Below the pieces are notes generated by a model. The model ran no database searches, was not told where the DNA came from, and was given only the letters and a program-made list of their open reading frames with translations. From a virus: DNA of 51,026 nt. Position 1 is the stretch's first letter, and the number at the start of each line of letters is the position of its first letter. Below are positions 17,607 to 27,869 of the stretch, piece after piece. The stretch covers positions 1-51,026 of the IMG/VR virus record IMGVR_UViG_3300030514_000035; one strand, 5' to 3'. Both the position numbers and the translations under genes were made by a program.

Positions 17607-18224
17607 ATGAAAAAGTTTAAAAAGGTTTTAACAATAGCAATGGTATCTGTAGGTTTAATGGCAGGAGTTACACAGGCACAAGCGCAAGAAAAAAATTACA
17701 CGACTGATGTATTCATGGTTCAGTATCTAAATGAAGATGGCATGCTTGAAGCTAAGCCTGTTAATCCAAAACATGATGGTGGTTATCTATTAGATAATAA
17801 ATATGAATTAGGTGACATCGTAGAAGTTACATACAACAATGATGATATTATCGAAGAGCATAAATTAACTGGTAAAGAACTTGAAAAGGTTGAGAAAAAA
17901 TTTGAAGGCAACATTGATGCATTAATGGATGAAGGTGAAAAAATAACGCAAGAAGGCAGTGTAGCAACAGATAATTATATGATTCAAAATATTGATAAAG
18001 ATGGATGGGCTACAGCAAAAATAGTTTCTGATTACTTCACAGGTGAAGCAACATTCAAGGTAGAAAAAAATATGTCATTGGGCGATATCGTAAGCGTAAC
18101 ATACAATGATAATACAGGTGATGTTATTGAGTATCATGAAGTGTCTGATGATGTAAGATTTGCATTAATGGGTATAGATGCTTATATGAAAGTAATGAAA
18201 GAAATCATGAAGAATGGAGAGTAA
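17607..18224 (+). CDS. secreted protein with internal tandem duplication
   Basis: Signal peptide ending AQA; two repeats D.(F/Y)M(V/I)Q..DG..AK...LGDIV.VTYN; own promoter TTGACT-17-TATAGT. Confidence 0.75.
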   Translation: MKKFKKVLTIAMVSVGLMAGVTQAQAQEKNYTTDVFMVQYLNEDGMLEAKPVNPKHDGGYLLDNKYELGDIVEVTYNNDDIIEEHKLTGKELEKVEKKFEGNIDALMDEGEKITQEGSVATDNYMIQNIDKDGWATAKIVSDYFTGEATFKVEKNMSLGDIVSVTYNDNTGDVIEYHEVSDDVRFALMGIDAYMKVMKEIMKNGE

Positions 18225-18347
18225 ACAAAAGACTTAATTATGGCTGAGGATGGAACTTTTGTAGATAAAGACTTCAATAAATAATTAGTTAATTACACAG
18301 TATTTGAACGATATAAAACATAAAAATTGATAAAGGAATTGATAAAA

Positions 18348-18755
18348 ATGAAAAAAATAATAACTTTACTGCTTACAATCGGGATTTTGTTCACTGGAAC
18401 AACTGGAGCATTTGCAACTTCAAAAGCTGGCATTTCGGCTAATACAACTAAAATAAATCACTATATCAAAAAAGACTTAAGCATAAGTATTAAAGTAAAA
18501 AATGATAACAATTATGAGATGGGAGTAGAGTTACAACCACAGAAAAAAATCAATGGCAAATGGGTTGATTTAGATTGGTATGATTATGACTTCTATAAAC
18601 CTGAACAAAAGATAGCCACACAGCACAGTATCAAGGCTGAGTACAAAAATAAAAAAGGTGAATACAGATATAAAGTGACAGCAAATAAGTTCGATAAAGA
18701 GGGATTTGAAGTGCCTCAAGGCGTGTTCTACACAGGAATTTTCAAAATTAATTGA
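18348..18755 (+). CDS. secreted hypothetical protein
   Basis: Signal peptide MKKIITLLLTIGILFTGTTGAFA. Confidence 0.7.
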   Translation: MKKIITLLLTIGILFTGTTGAFATSKAGISANTTKINHYIKKDLSISIKVKNDNNYEMGVELQPQKKINGKWVDLDWYDYDFYKPEQKIATQHSIKAEYKNKKGEYRYKVTANKFDKEGFEVPQGVFYTGIFKIN

Positions 18756-18882
18756 CAAATCGTTAAAATAAATTATTGACTGTATGTATGGTGTAGTGTA
18801 ACATTGATAGTGTGATACAGTATATCGTAATATCACTGAGCAAGGGATTAAAAAAATTAACCTTTAAAGGAGTTTGGCGAAA

Positions 18883-20172
18883 ATGCAAAAATCAAGCATG
18901 CAATACACAATTAAAAACTTTATGAAGGATGTAGAAGATAATCTTATTAGCTTCACATACCCTATTCAACGTGAAGGTGGACAGTGGGATAAGACACAAA
19001 AATCTTTACTGATCCATTCAATCCTAGCTAATTATCCAGTACCTTCACTATATGCACTTAATGAAAAAATAGATGGCAAATTAGTTTTGCAAGTACTAGA
19101 TGGTAAACAACGATTAACAAACATTCGTGACTTTATTGATGGAGAATTCTACTTACATGAAGTAGATACTCCTCCAGTAGTTATTCGTGGAAAAAAAGAA
19201 ATTCTTGCAGGACTAACATTTGATGAACTTAGCAAAAATGCACAGGATGCAATCCTTGATTTCTCTCTAGACATCTGCAAGATTGAAGAGGCGACAGATG
19301 AAGAAATTGAAGATATGTTCTTCCGATTAAATAATGGTACTCCATTAAGTAAGCAACAAAAAGCAAAAGCTAAAATGGGTAGTGAGTGGGCAACTAAAAT
19401 TCAAGACCTTGTTAAACATGACCTTATTACAAAGAAAGCTTCATTCACACCATTGCAAATTCGTAAGGCTGACCACGAAACAGCATTGTTACAAACTATG
19501 ATGTTGATTGACCCAAATCATGAGTTAAAAAGTATTTCATCTAATGATGTATTTGCATACTCACAAACATTCAAGGAAGATGCAAAAAATAAAGAAGAGA
19601 TTGTAAAAAAACTTGTAGATGTAATGGATTACCTAGACAATTCATTCGAAACAAAAGAACCTATGTTGCTTAAGAAGGTTCACTTCCCAATGACTATACT
19701 AACTGCAATGATGGCGAAGGAAAGAAAGCTTGACAACATCAAGTTTGGAGATTGGAGAACAGAGTTTAAAAAATCTCTTAAAGCAACTCCTGAAGACCTT
19801 CTTTCAGATGATATTATTGCAACTGACTATAAGAATTTTGGTGGCGCTGGTTCAGTTAAGAAAGATAAAACTCTTGGTCGTGTAAACGCCATGAAAGAAC
19901 ACCTTGAGAAGTATGTAAATAAAAATGTTGCTAAGGTTGCTACTACAAGCCCTGCAAAGCCTGTAGGAGAGAAAAAACCTTCTGCTAATACCCAAGCATC
20001 TAAGACTGAGAAAAAACCTGTAGAGGCTAAAAAAGAAGCGCCTAAAACACAGGCAGAAGTTAAGGTTGAAGACAAAAGAAAAACAACTGAGAAAAAAACT
20101 CCAGCAAAGCCAACAGGTAAAGCGCAACAAGTAAAGAAAGAATCAAGTAAAGAAAAAACTACAACAGCTTGA
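18883..20172 (+). CDS. DUF262 (ParB/Srx-like) domain protein with basic disordered tail
   Basis: IQREGGQW, LIHSILANYPVP, VLDGKQRLT, FFRLNNGTPL; K/T/P-rich C-terminus. Confidence 0.85.
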   Translation: MQKSSMQYTIKNFMKDVEDNLISFTYPIQREGGQWDKTQKSLLIHSILANYPVPSLYALNEKIDGKLVLQVLDGKQRLTNIRDFIDGEFYLHEVDTPPVVIRGKKEILAGLTFDELSKNAQDAILDFSLDICKIEEATDEEIEDMFFRLNNGTPLSKQQKAKAKMGSEWATKIQDLVKHDLITKKASFTPLQIRKADHETALLQTMMLIDPNHELKSISSNDVFAYSQTFKEDAKNKEEIVKKLVDVMDYLDNSFETKEPMLLKKVHFPMTILTAMMAKERKLDNIKFGDWRTEFKKSLKATPEDLLSDDIIATDYKNFGGAGSVKKDKTLGRVNAMKEHLEKYVNKNVAKVATTSPAKPVGEKKPSANTQASKTEKKPVEAKKEAPKTQAEVKVEDKRKTTEKKTPAKPTGKAQQVKKESSKEKTTTA

Positions 20173-20302
20173 TAAAATAAATACTCACCTTGGACAAGTT
20201 CTAAGGTGAGTATAATATATAGAACAAGGCAAAAGTATTGACAATAAGAAATATTCATATATAATTGGTAATACATACTAACTGAGGGATGGAGTGGTTT
20301 TA

Positions 20303-20878
20303 ATGTTTAAGAAGAGCACGATAAAAACCCAAATTTGGATGAAAGTTGAAAGTATATGGAGATTGATTTACAAATTAGAGTTTTCAGAAAAACATTCTGA
20401 AAGAGTTAATGAGATAAGAGAAAGTGAAGTATTAGACACTCTATGGAACATTGGTGATAAAAAAACTGTTTACCAAAAATATAAAAAAGATGAACTCTTT
20501 GAACTATTAGAAGAGGCAGGAAAAATATTAAATGAATTAGAAGAGATGGAAAAAGAGGTTCAAGTGTATGTAGCTGGTGGCGTTGAGTTTGCAGACTACG
20601 ATGAAGTAGTTGGAGTATCATACATCAGAAAAAGTTTTTATTGGAGTACATTCTTAAGGACTGTACATGGAGCATTTAGAAAGCCAATAACATTTATGGT
20701 TAGAAAAACAAATGAGAAAGAAATGAAGATAAAAGAGAATTGGAATCTCGAAGTCATGAAAGAAACATCTGATTACTACAAATGTTTGATACCAGTTGAA
20801 GACCAAATAGAAATGTCTTACAAGGATGATGTTATAATCATGGTATCTGAAGAGAAATGGAGAAAAATAAAATCGTGA
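20303..20878 (+). CDS. hypothetical protein
   Basis: Downstream of a motif-associated promoter at 20238. Confidence 0.65.
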   Translation: MFKKSTIKTQIWMKVESIWRLIYKLEFSEKHSERVNEIRESEVLDTLWNIGDKKTVYQKYKKDELFELLEEAGKILNELEEMEKEVQVYVAGGVEFADYDEVVGVSYIRKSFYWSTFLRTVHGAFRKPITFMVRKTNEKEMKIKENWNLEVMKETSDYYKCLIPVEDQIEMSYKDDVIIMVSEEKWRKIKS

Positions 20879-21219
20879 TATTAGAAGCAACTAGTTTAGT
20901 AGATTTCGTATATGAACACCTGATAAAAAAATCTAAACACAAATTCGTGCATATAGATGAAGTATCAGAGTTCTTGAAGCAAAAACTTAAAGATGATTAC
21001 ACAAGTGAATTAGCAATAGAGGTTAAGAATGAATTAAGGGATCATGAGAAGCTTGATTTCTTCCGTGAAGATACTTACATCGAAGAAAATAAATATCATT
21101 ACTGTACAGGCAATTGGCTTGCAGTGAAGGGTTTGTACGATAATCCAGTACAGGCTAAAAATAAACTTGGGTGGTACGCATGGCAAGAAACAGAAGAGAT
21201 AGATTGGGACAATGTCTAA
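20857..21219 (+). CDS. hypothetical protein
   Basis: Overlapping ORF in operon. Confidence 0.65.
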   Translation: MEKNKIVILEATSLVDFVYEHLIKKSKHKFVHIDEVSEFLKQKLKDDYTSELAIEVKNELRDHEKLDFFREDTYIEENKYHYCTGNWLAVKGLYDNPVQAKNKLGWYAWQETEEIDWDNV

Positions 21220-21263
21220 TCTATCTCTTACATAAAATATATAAATGCTGGAGGCTGAAATAA

Positions 21264-21770
21264 ATGTCAAATGTACACTATGAAAAAATAACTGGTTCAA
21301 TCAATAATATGCGCAGAGGTTACAAGCATAGAAGAGATGAAGTGGTAAAAGAATTAATCGAAAGTGTAGCAGAAATAGAATTAAGCACACATGCAATGGC
21401 AGAAAGAAATGAGCAGGATTATTTATATCTAGGTATCATCAAGTTACACATAGAAAAAATTCAAGAACTACAGGCTATGATGGAAGTATTAGATGGTCTT
21501 AAGGATTCGCAAAAATTAATTGAAAAGAATTTTCCTGTAAAAAAACAGGCTATAGATTGTGGCGAAAATAAAATTTACTGGTATACATATAGACATCGTG
21601 GTTTTAGCTTAGGATGCCAGCCAAAAGGTTTTATAAGACATGATGAGAGTGTTTGCAAATTTGGTGCAACAGCATATAGAAGACCATTAACTCATGATGA
21701 GTTAGTAGAATATGAAATGCATTTATATAAAGTTGAAGATGGCACAGAAGCTACAGAGTGGGTGAAATAA
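21264..21770 (+). CDS. protein with DarA C-terminal-like domain
   Basis: YWYTYRHRGFSLGCQPKG...FGATAYRRPLTHDELVEYEM resembles the DarA_C (defence against restriction) pattern, from memory. Confidence 0.55.
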   Translation: MSNVHYEKITGSINNMRRGYKHRRDEVVKELIESVAEIELSTHAMAERNEQDYLYLGIIKLHIEKIQELQAMMEVLDGLKDSQKLIEKNFPVKKQAIDCGENKIYWYTYRHRGFSLGCQPKGFIRHDESVCKFGATAYRRPLTHDELVEYEMHLYKVEDGTEATEWVK

Positions 21771-21925
21771 TGTTCACATTAGATGAATTAAAAGATATGT
21801 CTAAAGAACTTAACTGGTCAGGAACAGCAGGATTCAATATAGACACTCAAAGAAAACTAGTTGATACCTTGATAGAGTATATCGAGGAAGAACAGCGAAA
21901 AGAAAAGGAAGAAAGCATGTTTTAA
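21770..21925 (+). CDS. 51-aa hypothetical protein (not in ORF track)
   Basis: TAATG-coupled ORF MFTLDELKDMSKEL...ESMF. Confidence 0.55.
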   Translation: MFTLDELKDMSKELNWSGTAGFNIDTQRKLVDTLIEYIEEEQRKEKEESMF

Positions 21926-21965
21926 GTAATAAAATCAACCTTTTATTAGGATAGGAGAGTATATT

Positions 21966-22247
21966 ATGAAGATTAGATTAAATCTTTTAGCGCAGGGTTA
22001 CTCAACAATTTCAGATAAGATAGTAGATAATTTTGGAGAACTTGTCTCTCGCTCAAGAATAGGCGAAGAATTGCACGTAGGCGACATTGTTCTTTTAAAA
22101 GATAATAAAGAAGCTATTGTTACTGGAGATGGCATTTATAGCAGAAAAATGATTGCTGATGGAATACATGTAGATAGAATTGTAAAGAAGTTTACCTCTT
22201 TGGAAGTTGGAGATATTTACTTAAAAGGTTTAGTAGAAATTATCTAA
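21966..22247 (+). CDS. hypothetical protein
   Basis: RBS AGGAGAG. Confidence 0.65.
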   Translation: MKIRLNLLAQGYSTISDKIVDNFGELVSRSRIGEELHVGDIVLLKDNKEAIVTGDGIYSRKMIADGIHVDRIVKKFTSLEVGDIYLKGLVEII

Positions 22248-22372
22248 AATATTTTTGTGTAAATAGGCATAAGGATGGAAACTTTATGTTGACATCCCTC
22301 TTTTTTCCCATGTATACTTAACACATGGTTTAGTAGGTTACTAGGTTACGAATAAATTAAAAGGGGAGAAAA

Positions 22373-23242
22373 ATGATGAGAGAGAAAAAGAAAGCTACAA
22401 AGAAAACATTGCTTAAAAGGTTTTTAATTGGTGGAGTAATCGTGGTTGTAGGATTAATTTCTTATGGTGGAGGATTAAATGGAGCAGAAACATCAATTGA
22501 TGGCGAGAAGGCTACATATGGAGATTTGTTAATTAAAGTTGACAATACAGAAACTAAACTAAAGAGTACTCAAGAGGATGTAAAAGAAGAAGAAGCTAAC
22601 CTTAAAGAGACTAAAGAAGATGCCAAAGAAGTAATGGCTTTGATGGATAAGCAAGATGAGATTGAAAAAGATATTCAATCCAAAGAAAAAGAATTAAAAG
22701 AAAAGTCTACTCAGGTTGATAAAGTTGATTCAACAATCGATGAAAAGAAAGCCAAGGTAGAAGAAGAAGTTGCTAAGTATGAAAAAGAATTAGAGCAAAA
22801 GAACGCAGATAAAAAGAAAAAGCTTGAAGAGGAGAATGCTTCTCTAGATAAAAAAATCGAAGAGAAAAAATCTAAGGTCGATGCAGAGGTCGCAGACCAT
22901 AAGCGAGAATTAGAGTCTAAGTTAGCTTCATTAGAATCTGATGTAAAAGAAAAAGAAGATAAGTTAGCAAGTCTTGACACTGGAATTAAAGAAGCAGAAG
23001 GCGCACCAATTACATTAGATGCTGGAGAATATATTATTGATAAAGATGTACCTACTGGTCGATATAAAGTTACTAACATTGGTAGAGGAACTAACTTCCA
23101 AGTATTTGATTCAAGTGGTTCAACAGTGGTTAATACTATCCTTGGTAATGGCGATATTGGGCGAGGAGATTATGTATTCTTTGCAACAGAAAATACTTTA
23201 ATCAAGACTGCAGGAGCAGTAAAACTAATCCCTGTAGAGTAA
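22373..23242 (+). CDS. membrane-anchored coiled-coil surface protein
   Basis: N-terminal TM, long coiled coil and C-terminal beta domain (LDAGEYIIDKDVPTGRYKV); own promoter TTGACA..TATACT. Confidence 0.75.
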   Translation: MMREKKKATKKTLLKRFLIGGVIVVVGLISYGGGLNGAETSIDGEKATYGDLLIKVDNTETKLKSTQEDVKEEEANLKETKEDAKEVMALMDKQDEIEKDIQSKEKELKEKSTQVDKVDSTIDEKKAKVEEEVAKYEKELEQKNADKKKKLEEENASLDKKIEEKKSKVDAEVADHKRELESKLASLESDVKEKEDKLASLDTGIKEAEGAPITLDAGEYIIDKDVPTGRYKVTNIGRGTNFQVFDSSGSTVVNTILGNGDIGRGDYVFFATENTLIKTAGAVKLIPVE

Positions 23243-23293
23243 TTCAAATCATATAAAAAAATAAAACTATATAATTCATCGGAGGAAATAATC

Positions 23294-23578
23294 ATGGCAC
23301 AAGTTACACTAAAGAACGAAACAGGCGTAGCAAAAGAATTTAAGGTAGGATTTTCATGGACAGTATTCTTTTGGGGAGGCTGGGTTGCAATGTTCCGTGG
23401 TCAATGGTCAGAGTTCGCTAAATGGGTATTCTTAAATCCTTGTACAGTAGGAATTTGGGGAATATGCCAATGCTGGACAGCGAATAAAAAAACTATAATA
23501 CACCACATGGAAAAAGGCTACAAACCAGCAAGTGACGTAGATACAAACATTCTAAAAAATAAAGGTATCATTGCATAA
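23294..23578 (+). CDS. DUF2628/HrgC-like small membrane protein
   Basis: KVGFSWTVFFWG...FRGQW, ...NK...KGY. Confidence 0.7.
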   Translation: MAQVTLKNETGVAKEFKVGFSWTVFFWGGWVAMFRGQWSEFAKWVFLNPCTVGIWGICQCWTANKKTIIHHMEKGYKPASDVDTNILKNKGIIA

Positions 23579-23690
23579 TTAAAACTAAGAGGCTGTTAAT
23601 TTAATCGTTGACAGCCTTTAAAAAAAGAATTATACTTTATTAGTGATATAGTAATAAACCAATACATAATACATATCGGAGGAATCAATA

Positions 23691-23945
23691 ATGATTAAAA
23701 TCGAGCGTTCATACCCAACAGCAGTACTAGTAGAAGCAGGAGATATTTTCTATGTAGAAGGAACTGAAACTTACCTTCAACTAATAGAACTAGGAGATAA
23801 ATTTGCATTACTTGACCTGTCAACATCATCTATAACTTCAGCATCAATCAATTGTGAAATTCATGCAGTTAACCATGTGAAAAAACATTATGGAGAATAT
23901 GAGTTAATTAAAAGTTCTCGTGTAACTTTCAAAATCCAAGACTGA
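23691..23945 (+). CDS. hypothetical protein
   Basis: RBS GGAGG. Confidence 0.65.
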   Translation: MIKIERSYPTAVLVEAGDIFYVEGTETYLQLIELGDKFALLDLSTSSITSASINCEIHAVNHVKKHYGEYELIKSSRVTFKIQD

Positions 23946-24095
23946 ACTAAAGTATTGACAATAAGTAATAAGTTGATAAAGACAGAAAATAAATAATATT
24001 CTGTGAATAAGTTGACAACTTTTGGTGAAAGATATATACTGTAACCATGAGTTACTAATTTACTAATAAATGAATTAAGTAGGAGGTCATTACAC

Positions 24096-25127
24096 ATGAG
24101 TAATGCAGGAGAAAGATTCAAGGAAATTTTGGCTAAATTAGAAGCAGAAGAGAAGCGTAAGAAAGATGTTGTTGCTCCAATAAATTCGATTCGTGTAAAC
24201 CCTGACTTTACATTTGAAGGCGCAGATTTTGGAAAGGCGAAATTCACTGACCATGCATTTGGTCAACTTTGTAACACTGTTTACAAATATCCATTACCAC
24301 CTGAATACTTTAAAAATCTTTTTGAAGACGATCCCGAATGGTTTGCAGTTCAAATGAATCGTCACCTTGAAAAAGGAAAGGGACTTGATAGAAAGTTCCG
24401 TACAATAGGGAATATCGGTGAGGGTAATCATGATTCACTGGTTCGAGGTGTTGTTTCAAAGAACTTCATACCATACGATAACTTAGATACATTAAGCGTG
24501 TTTGAAGATGTTGCTAGGTCAGGAAGAATTCCTGAATTCGATTTAAAGATTGGTGATATCAATGACAATAGAATGTTTTTACGATTTATGTTTCCTGCCA
24601 CAGAAAAGAATTTTGGTCGCTCTTACGATGGTCAAGACGACAGAAACTTTGTAGCACTTGATTTAATCAATAGTGAAGTAGGATTAACTTCTATCATGGC
24701 TAACCCTTCAATCTATCGATTAATTTGTACAAATGGAATGGTAGCTAAGGAAGCTGAGTATGGCTGGTACAAACAGCGTCACATCCACATAGACCCATTA
24801 CAAGTAAACATGGATTTAAAGAAATCAATTGTGCATGGTATAGAGATGGGAAAAGATATCTTAGGTAAGTTTGGACAGGCTCGTCAGATAACAGTTCAGA
24901 ATCCATATGAAGAAATAACTCGATATGGTAAGAAGGCTAGACTATCTGAGAAGATGCTGAAGGCTGTTAGAGAGAACTATGATATAGAAGCAGATAAAAG
25001 TCTTTTTGGCGTAGTAAACGCATTTACAAGGTGTGCGAGAGACCTTAAGAGCATACAAGCTAGAATAGATTTAGAGAAATTTGCATCAAAAGTATTAGAT
25101 GAAGGCTTAAAAGCTAAAGCATCTTAA
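24096..25127 (+). CDS. DUF932-family protein
   Basis: RGVVS..F.PYDN, LINSEVG, YRLICTNGMV, FGVVNAFT. Confidence 0.8.
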   Translation: MSNAGERFKEILAKLEAEEKRKKDVVAPINSIRVNPDFTFEGADFGKAKFTDHAFGQLCNTVYKYPLPPEYFKNLFEDDPEWFAVQMNRHLEKGKGLDRKFRTIGNIGEGNHDSLVRGVVSKNFIPYDNLDTLSVFEDVARSGRIPEFDLKIGDINDNRMFLRFMFPATEKNFGRSYDGQDDRNFVALDLINSEVGLTSIMANPSIYRLICTNGMVAKEAEYGWYKQRHIHIDPLQVNMDLKKSIVHGIEMGKDILGKFGQARQITVQNPYEEITRYGKKARLSEKMLKAVRENYDIEADKSLFGVVNAFTRCARDLKSIQARIDLEKFASKVLDEGLKAKAS

Positions 25128-25190
25128 TATATAATAGAGGAGTGGGTATATAATCCCACTCCTAATACAAAAATAAAAGGGTGTCATATT

Positions 25191-25433
25191 ATGGATACAG
25201 TAAAGCTTATCCTTAGAATGATACTAGGTACAGACTATAAGAAAGCACCATGGGATTGGAGAGTTCATAACCAAAGAATTTTCACACAGTATGTAAGAAT
25301 GATGACAGGGATTATAATCGTGTTATGCATTCCATTTCTGTTCTTAGCAACAAAAGAAACAGTTATTCCATTCTTCGTGTGTTGTCTTATTTATATCTTG
25401 TTTAATTGTATCTGTAGATTTCTGAGATGGTAA
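25191..25433 (+). CDS. small two-TM membrane protein
   Basis: Two hydrophobic stretches. Confidence 0.6.
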   Translation: MDTVKLILRMILGTDYKKAPWDWRVHNQRIFTQYVRMMTGIIIVLCIPFLFLATKETVIPFFVCCLIYILFNCICRFLRW

Positions 25434-25509
25434 AGGCGTATCTGCCTTTTCTTATGAGCATTTTACTGTATAGGTAATATAGTAGTATACATAAAAGGAG
25501 AAGATAAAA

Positions 25510-25863
25510 ATGAAGGAAATGAAAATTATTGTTTGGGACAAAGACAGCACAGAGGATACAACAGAAGCATTAGATAACATCAAGGCAGTTCAAGACCTAG
25601 TAAATGGTCTTGTTAACGAGTCTATAGAATTTGACCACGTAAAGACCACGGATGCCGTAGCGCTTGTTAAGTCACATCTAATGGGAGAATATCACATGGT
25701 TCTTGTAAGGCACGAGGAAGAGTATTTAGAGGACTCTGAGGTCTATGTATTAACTTGGGATTCAGAAGCCAGTGATGGTGGCTCTATGAAGAAATTAGAT
25801 GCCTTACAGTTATATAAAATGGCTAAGGGATTGTTCACAAAACAAGAAGATGAAGAATATTAA
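25510..25863 (+). CDS. acidic hypothetical protein
   Basis: RBS AAGGAG. Confidence 0.7.
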   Translation: MKEMKIIVWDKDSTEDTTEALDNIKAVQDLVNGLVNESIEFDHVKTTDAVALVKSHLMGEYHMVLVRHEEEYLEDSEVYVLTWDSEASDGGSMKKLDALQLYKMAKGLFTKQEDEEY

Positions 25864-25934
25864 TACTTTTGCTTGACTGTATAACTAAACTGGTGATATA
25901 GTAATACACAGATACATAAGAGGGAGATGAGGGA

Positions 25935-26975
25935 ATGTCAGCAGTTGAAGCTAAAATAAGAATCAAAGGTCTGAGAAGAGAAAGAGATAATGTTTCTACT
26001 CTTCGTGACTATCGTGTACAGGGAGTGTATAAATCTTTTATCGAGTCTCAGCGTTCTGAGAAAACATCTCGTGATTACGACATGAGAGTAAGAGAATTCT
26101 TTAGATTAGTTTTAGATAAAGATATTGAACATGTCACATACGAAGAAATCAGAAGCATTAAAAAGGCTGATGTTAAAAATGAATATGTAGCAATGCTTGT
26201 GGCTAAAGGGAATGTTGGTAATACAATTCAAACTAAATTAAATAGCGTTAGAAGCTTCTACAATGAATTGCAGTCTAATGATTTCAAAGTTAATCCAATG
26301 ATATTCAAAATGAAGATTGATATAGATGTGAATCATCATAATGCTCTTACAGCAGATGAATTACAACAGTTATTCGAATTTCTCAAAGGAGAAAAGTATC
26401 TAGGGGTTGAGAAATATCTCCTTGCAAAAACTCTCTTTACCACAGCGAATCGTAGAACTGCAACTTTGAATATGACTTGGAATGATAACTTTATCATTAG
26501 AAAAGATATTGATACAAATGTAGATATAAATATCATTCGTGTTCGAGATAAAGGTGGTAAGTGGATTGAGAAGCCTATATCAGACGAGTATTATGAAGAA
26601 TTACAGCAGTTAAATAAAGGTCAAAAACATGTCTTTGAACTCAGCGACAGGACTATGGAAAGAGCATTAGAGAGATTTTCTAAGGCTCTTGGTAAAAAGA
26701 TAACTATGCATTCGCTTAAAAGTACCTCAATAACACTTTCGTACAAAATGTGCAGGGATATCGAGTTGTGTCGTCAGTTAGGCGGGCATAGTTCCATCAG
26801 CACAACGCAAATTTATATTCGTGAAGAAGAAAGTCTTGTCAATCAATTAAGTTACCACATGTCTAGAACGATTGATGATTCTATTCTAGACGATATGAGC
26901 AAAGAGGATTTCATAGAGTTCTTAAATCAAAATGAAGATATTAAGAATATGATGCTATTACGACTAGGTCAATAA
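25935..26975 (+). CDS. tyrosine recombinase family protein (SPbeta YopP-like), HxxR changed to HSLK
   Basis: TANR, DKGGK, HSLK, GGHSSISTTQIY. Confidence 0.85.
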   Translation: MSAVEAKIRIKGLRRERDNVSTLRDYRVQGVYKSFIESQRSEKTSRDYDMRVREFFRLVLDKDIEHVTYEEIRSIKKADVKNEYVAMLVAKGNVGNTIQTKLNSVRSFYNELQSNDFKVNPMIFKMKIDIDVNHHNALTADELQQLFEFLKGEKYLGVEKYLLAKTLFTTANRRTATLNMTWNDNFIIRKDIDTNVDINIIRVRDKGGKWIEKPISDEYYEELQQLNKGQKHVFELSDRTMERALERFSKALGKKITMHSLKSTSITLSYKMCRDIELCRQLGGHSSISTTQIYIREEESLVNQLSYHMSRTIDDSILDDMSKEDFIEFLNQNEDIKNMMLLRLGQ

Positions 26976-27203
26976 AGCCTAGTCGTGACGACAACCTTAG
27001 AAAATTGTTAGATAAATTTAAAAAATATGTTGACTTTGGGATTATATCCCTTTATAATAATAAATATCAGGTAGAACAAAAGTATTAACAAAATATAGTA
27101 ATTTAAATCAAAAGTATTGACATAAATGTTGGTTAGGAGTTGGGGAACTCAATGTTAATTACAAGGAGGCAATACATATTGAAAATCAGGGGAGCGTACA
27201 AAG

Positions 27204-27629
27204 ATGAGAGATATTTTGAATTTACAGGCTTTAAAACGTAGCAAGGTTAAAAAGCATAACACTATTTATGAAAAAGCCCATCGGATCATGCAGAAGGGCT
27301 GGGAGACAGTAGAGTTAAGCGAAAAAGAGATTATGGAAGTTGCAAATAGATTTCCTCAATTAAATGTTCAAGTTTTAATTGGTGGGGATATACTAGTAAA
27401 GAGCAAAAAAGATACTTGGTTGATTAGAGATGAGATTAGATTCTTCACTCTTTATCACAAAGGATTGTTACTGGAAAAAGGTAGAACTAAAGAGAAATAT
27501 CATGTCCAAGACGTTTTTTACGATATAGAGTTTATATTTGCAAGTATCATCAGTCACGATGATTATTCATTGGGCATTCGTTCAAGAAATACCGATGATA
27601 TCCAGCAGTTAGTAAATGAGAGCAGATAG
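27204..27629 (+). CDS. hypothetical protein
   Basis: RBS GGGGAG; lies within the lysogeny module. Confidence 0.65.
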   Translation: MRDILNLQALKRSKVKKHNTIYEKAHRIMQKGWETVELSEKEIMEVANRFPQLNVQVLIGGDILVKSKKDTWLIRDEIRFFTLYHKGLLLEKGRTKEKYHVQDVFYDIEFIFASIISHDDYSLGIRSRNTDDIQQLVNESR

Positions 27630-27869
27630 TCCTGCTCTCAGCACCATAAATATACATAACGTAGTAAAATAGGATGAACATACATATAAGTCATCTAGGA
27701 AAATCTCCTTAAAATATATACAGCAAACATTAACTAAAAGTATTGAAATTGTTAAGCTAATGTATTACAATGAATATATATCGCAGATAGCGAATACATA
27801 GAGATAGAACTATATAGAGAAAATATAAATGATAATTGGTCGAAGCACATTTAAAGGAGAGTTTTATAA

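Noticed and set aside
27179-27241. 20-codon ORF behind AAGGAGG overlapping 27204
   Set aside because: Too short to support without expression data; could be a leader peptide but not called.
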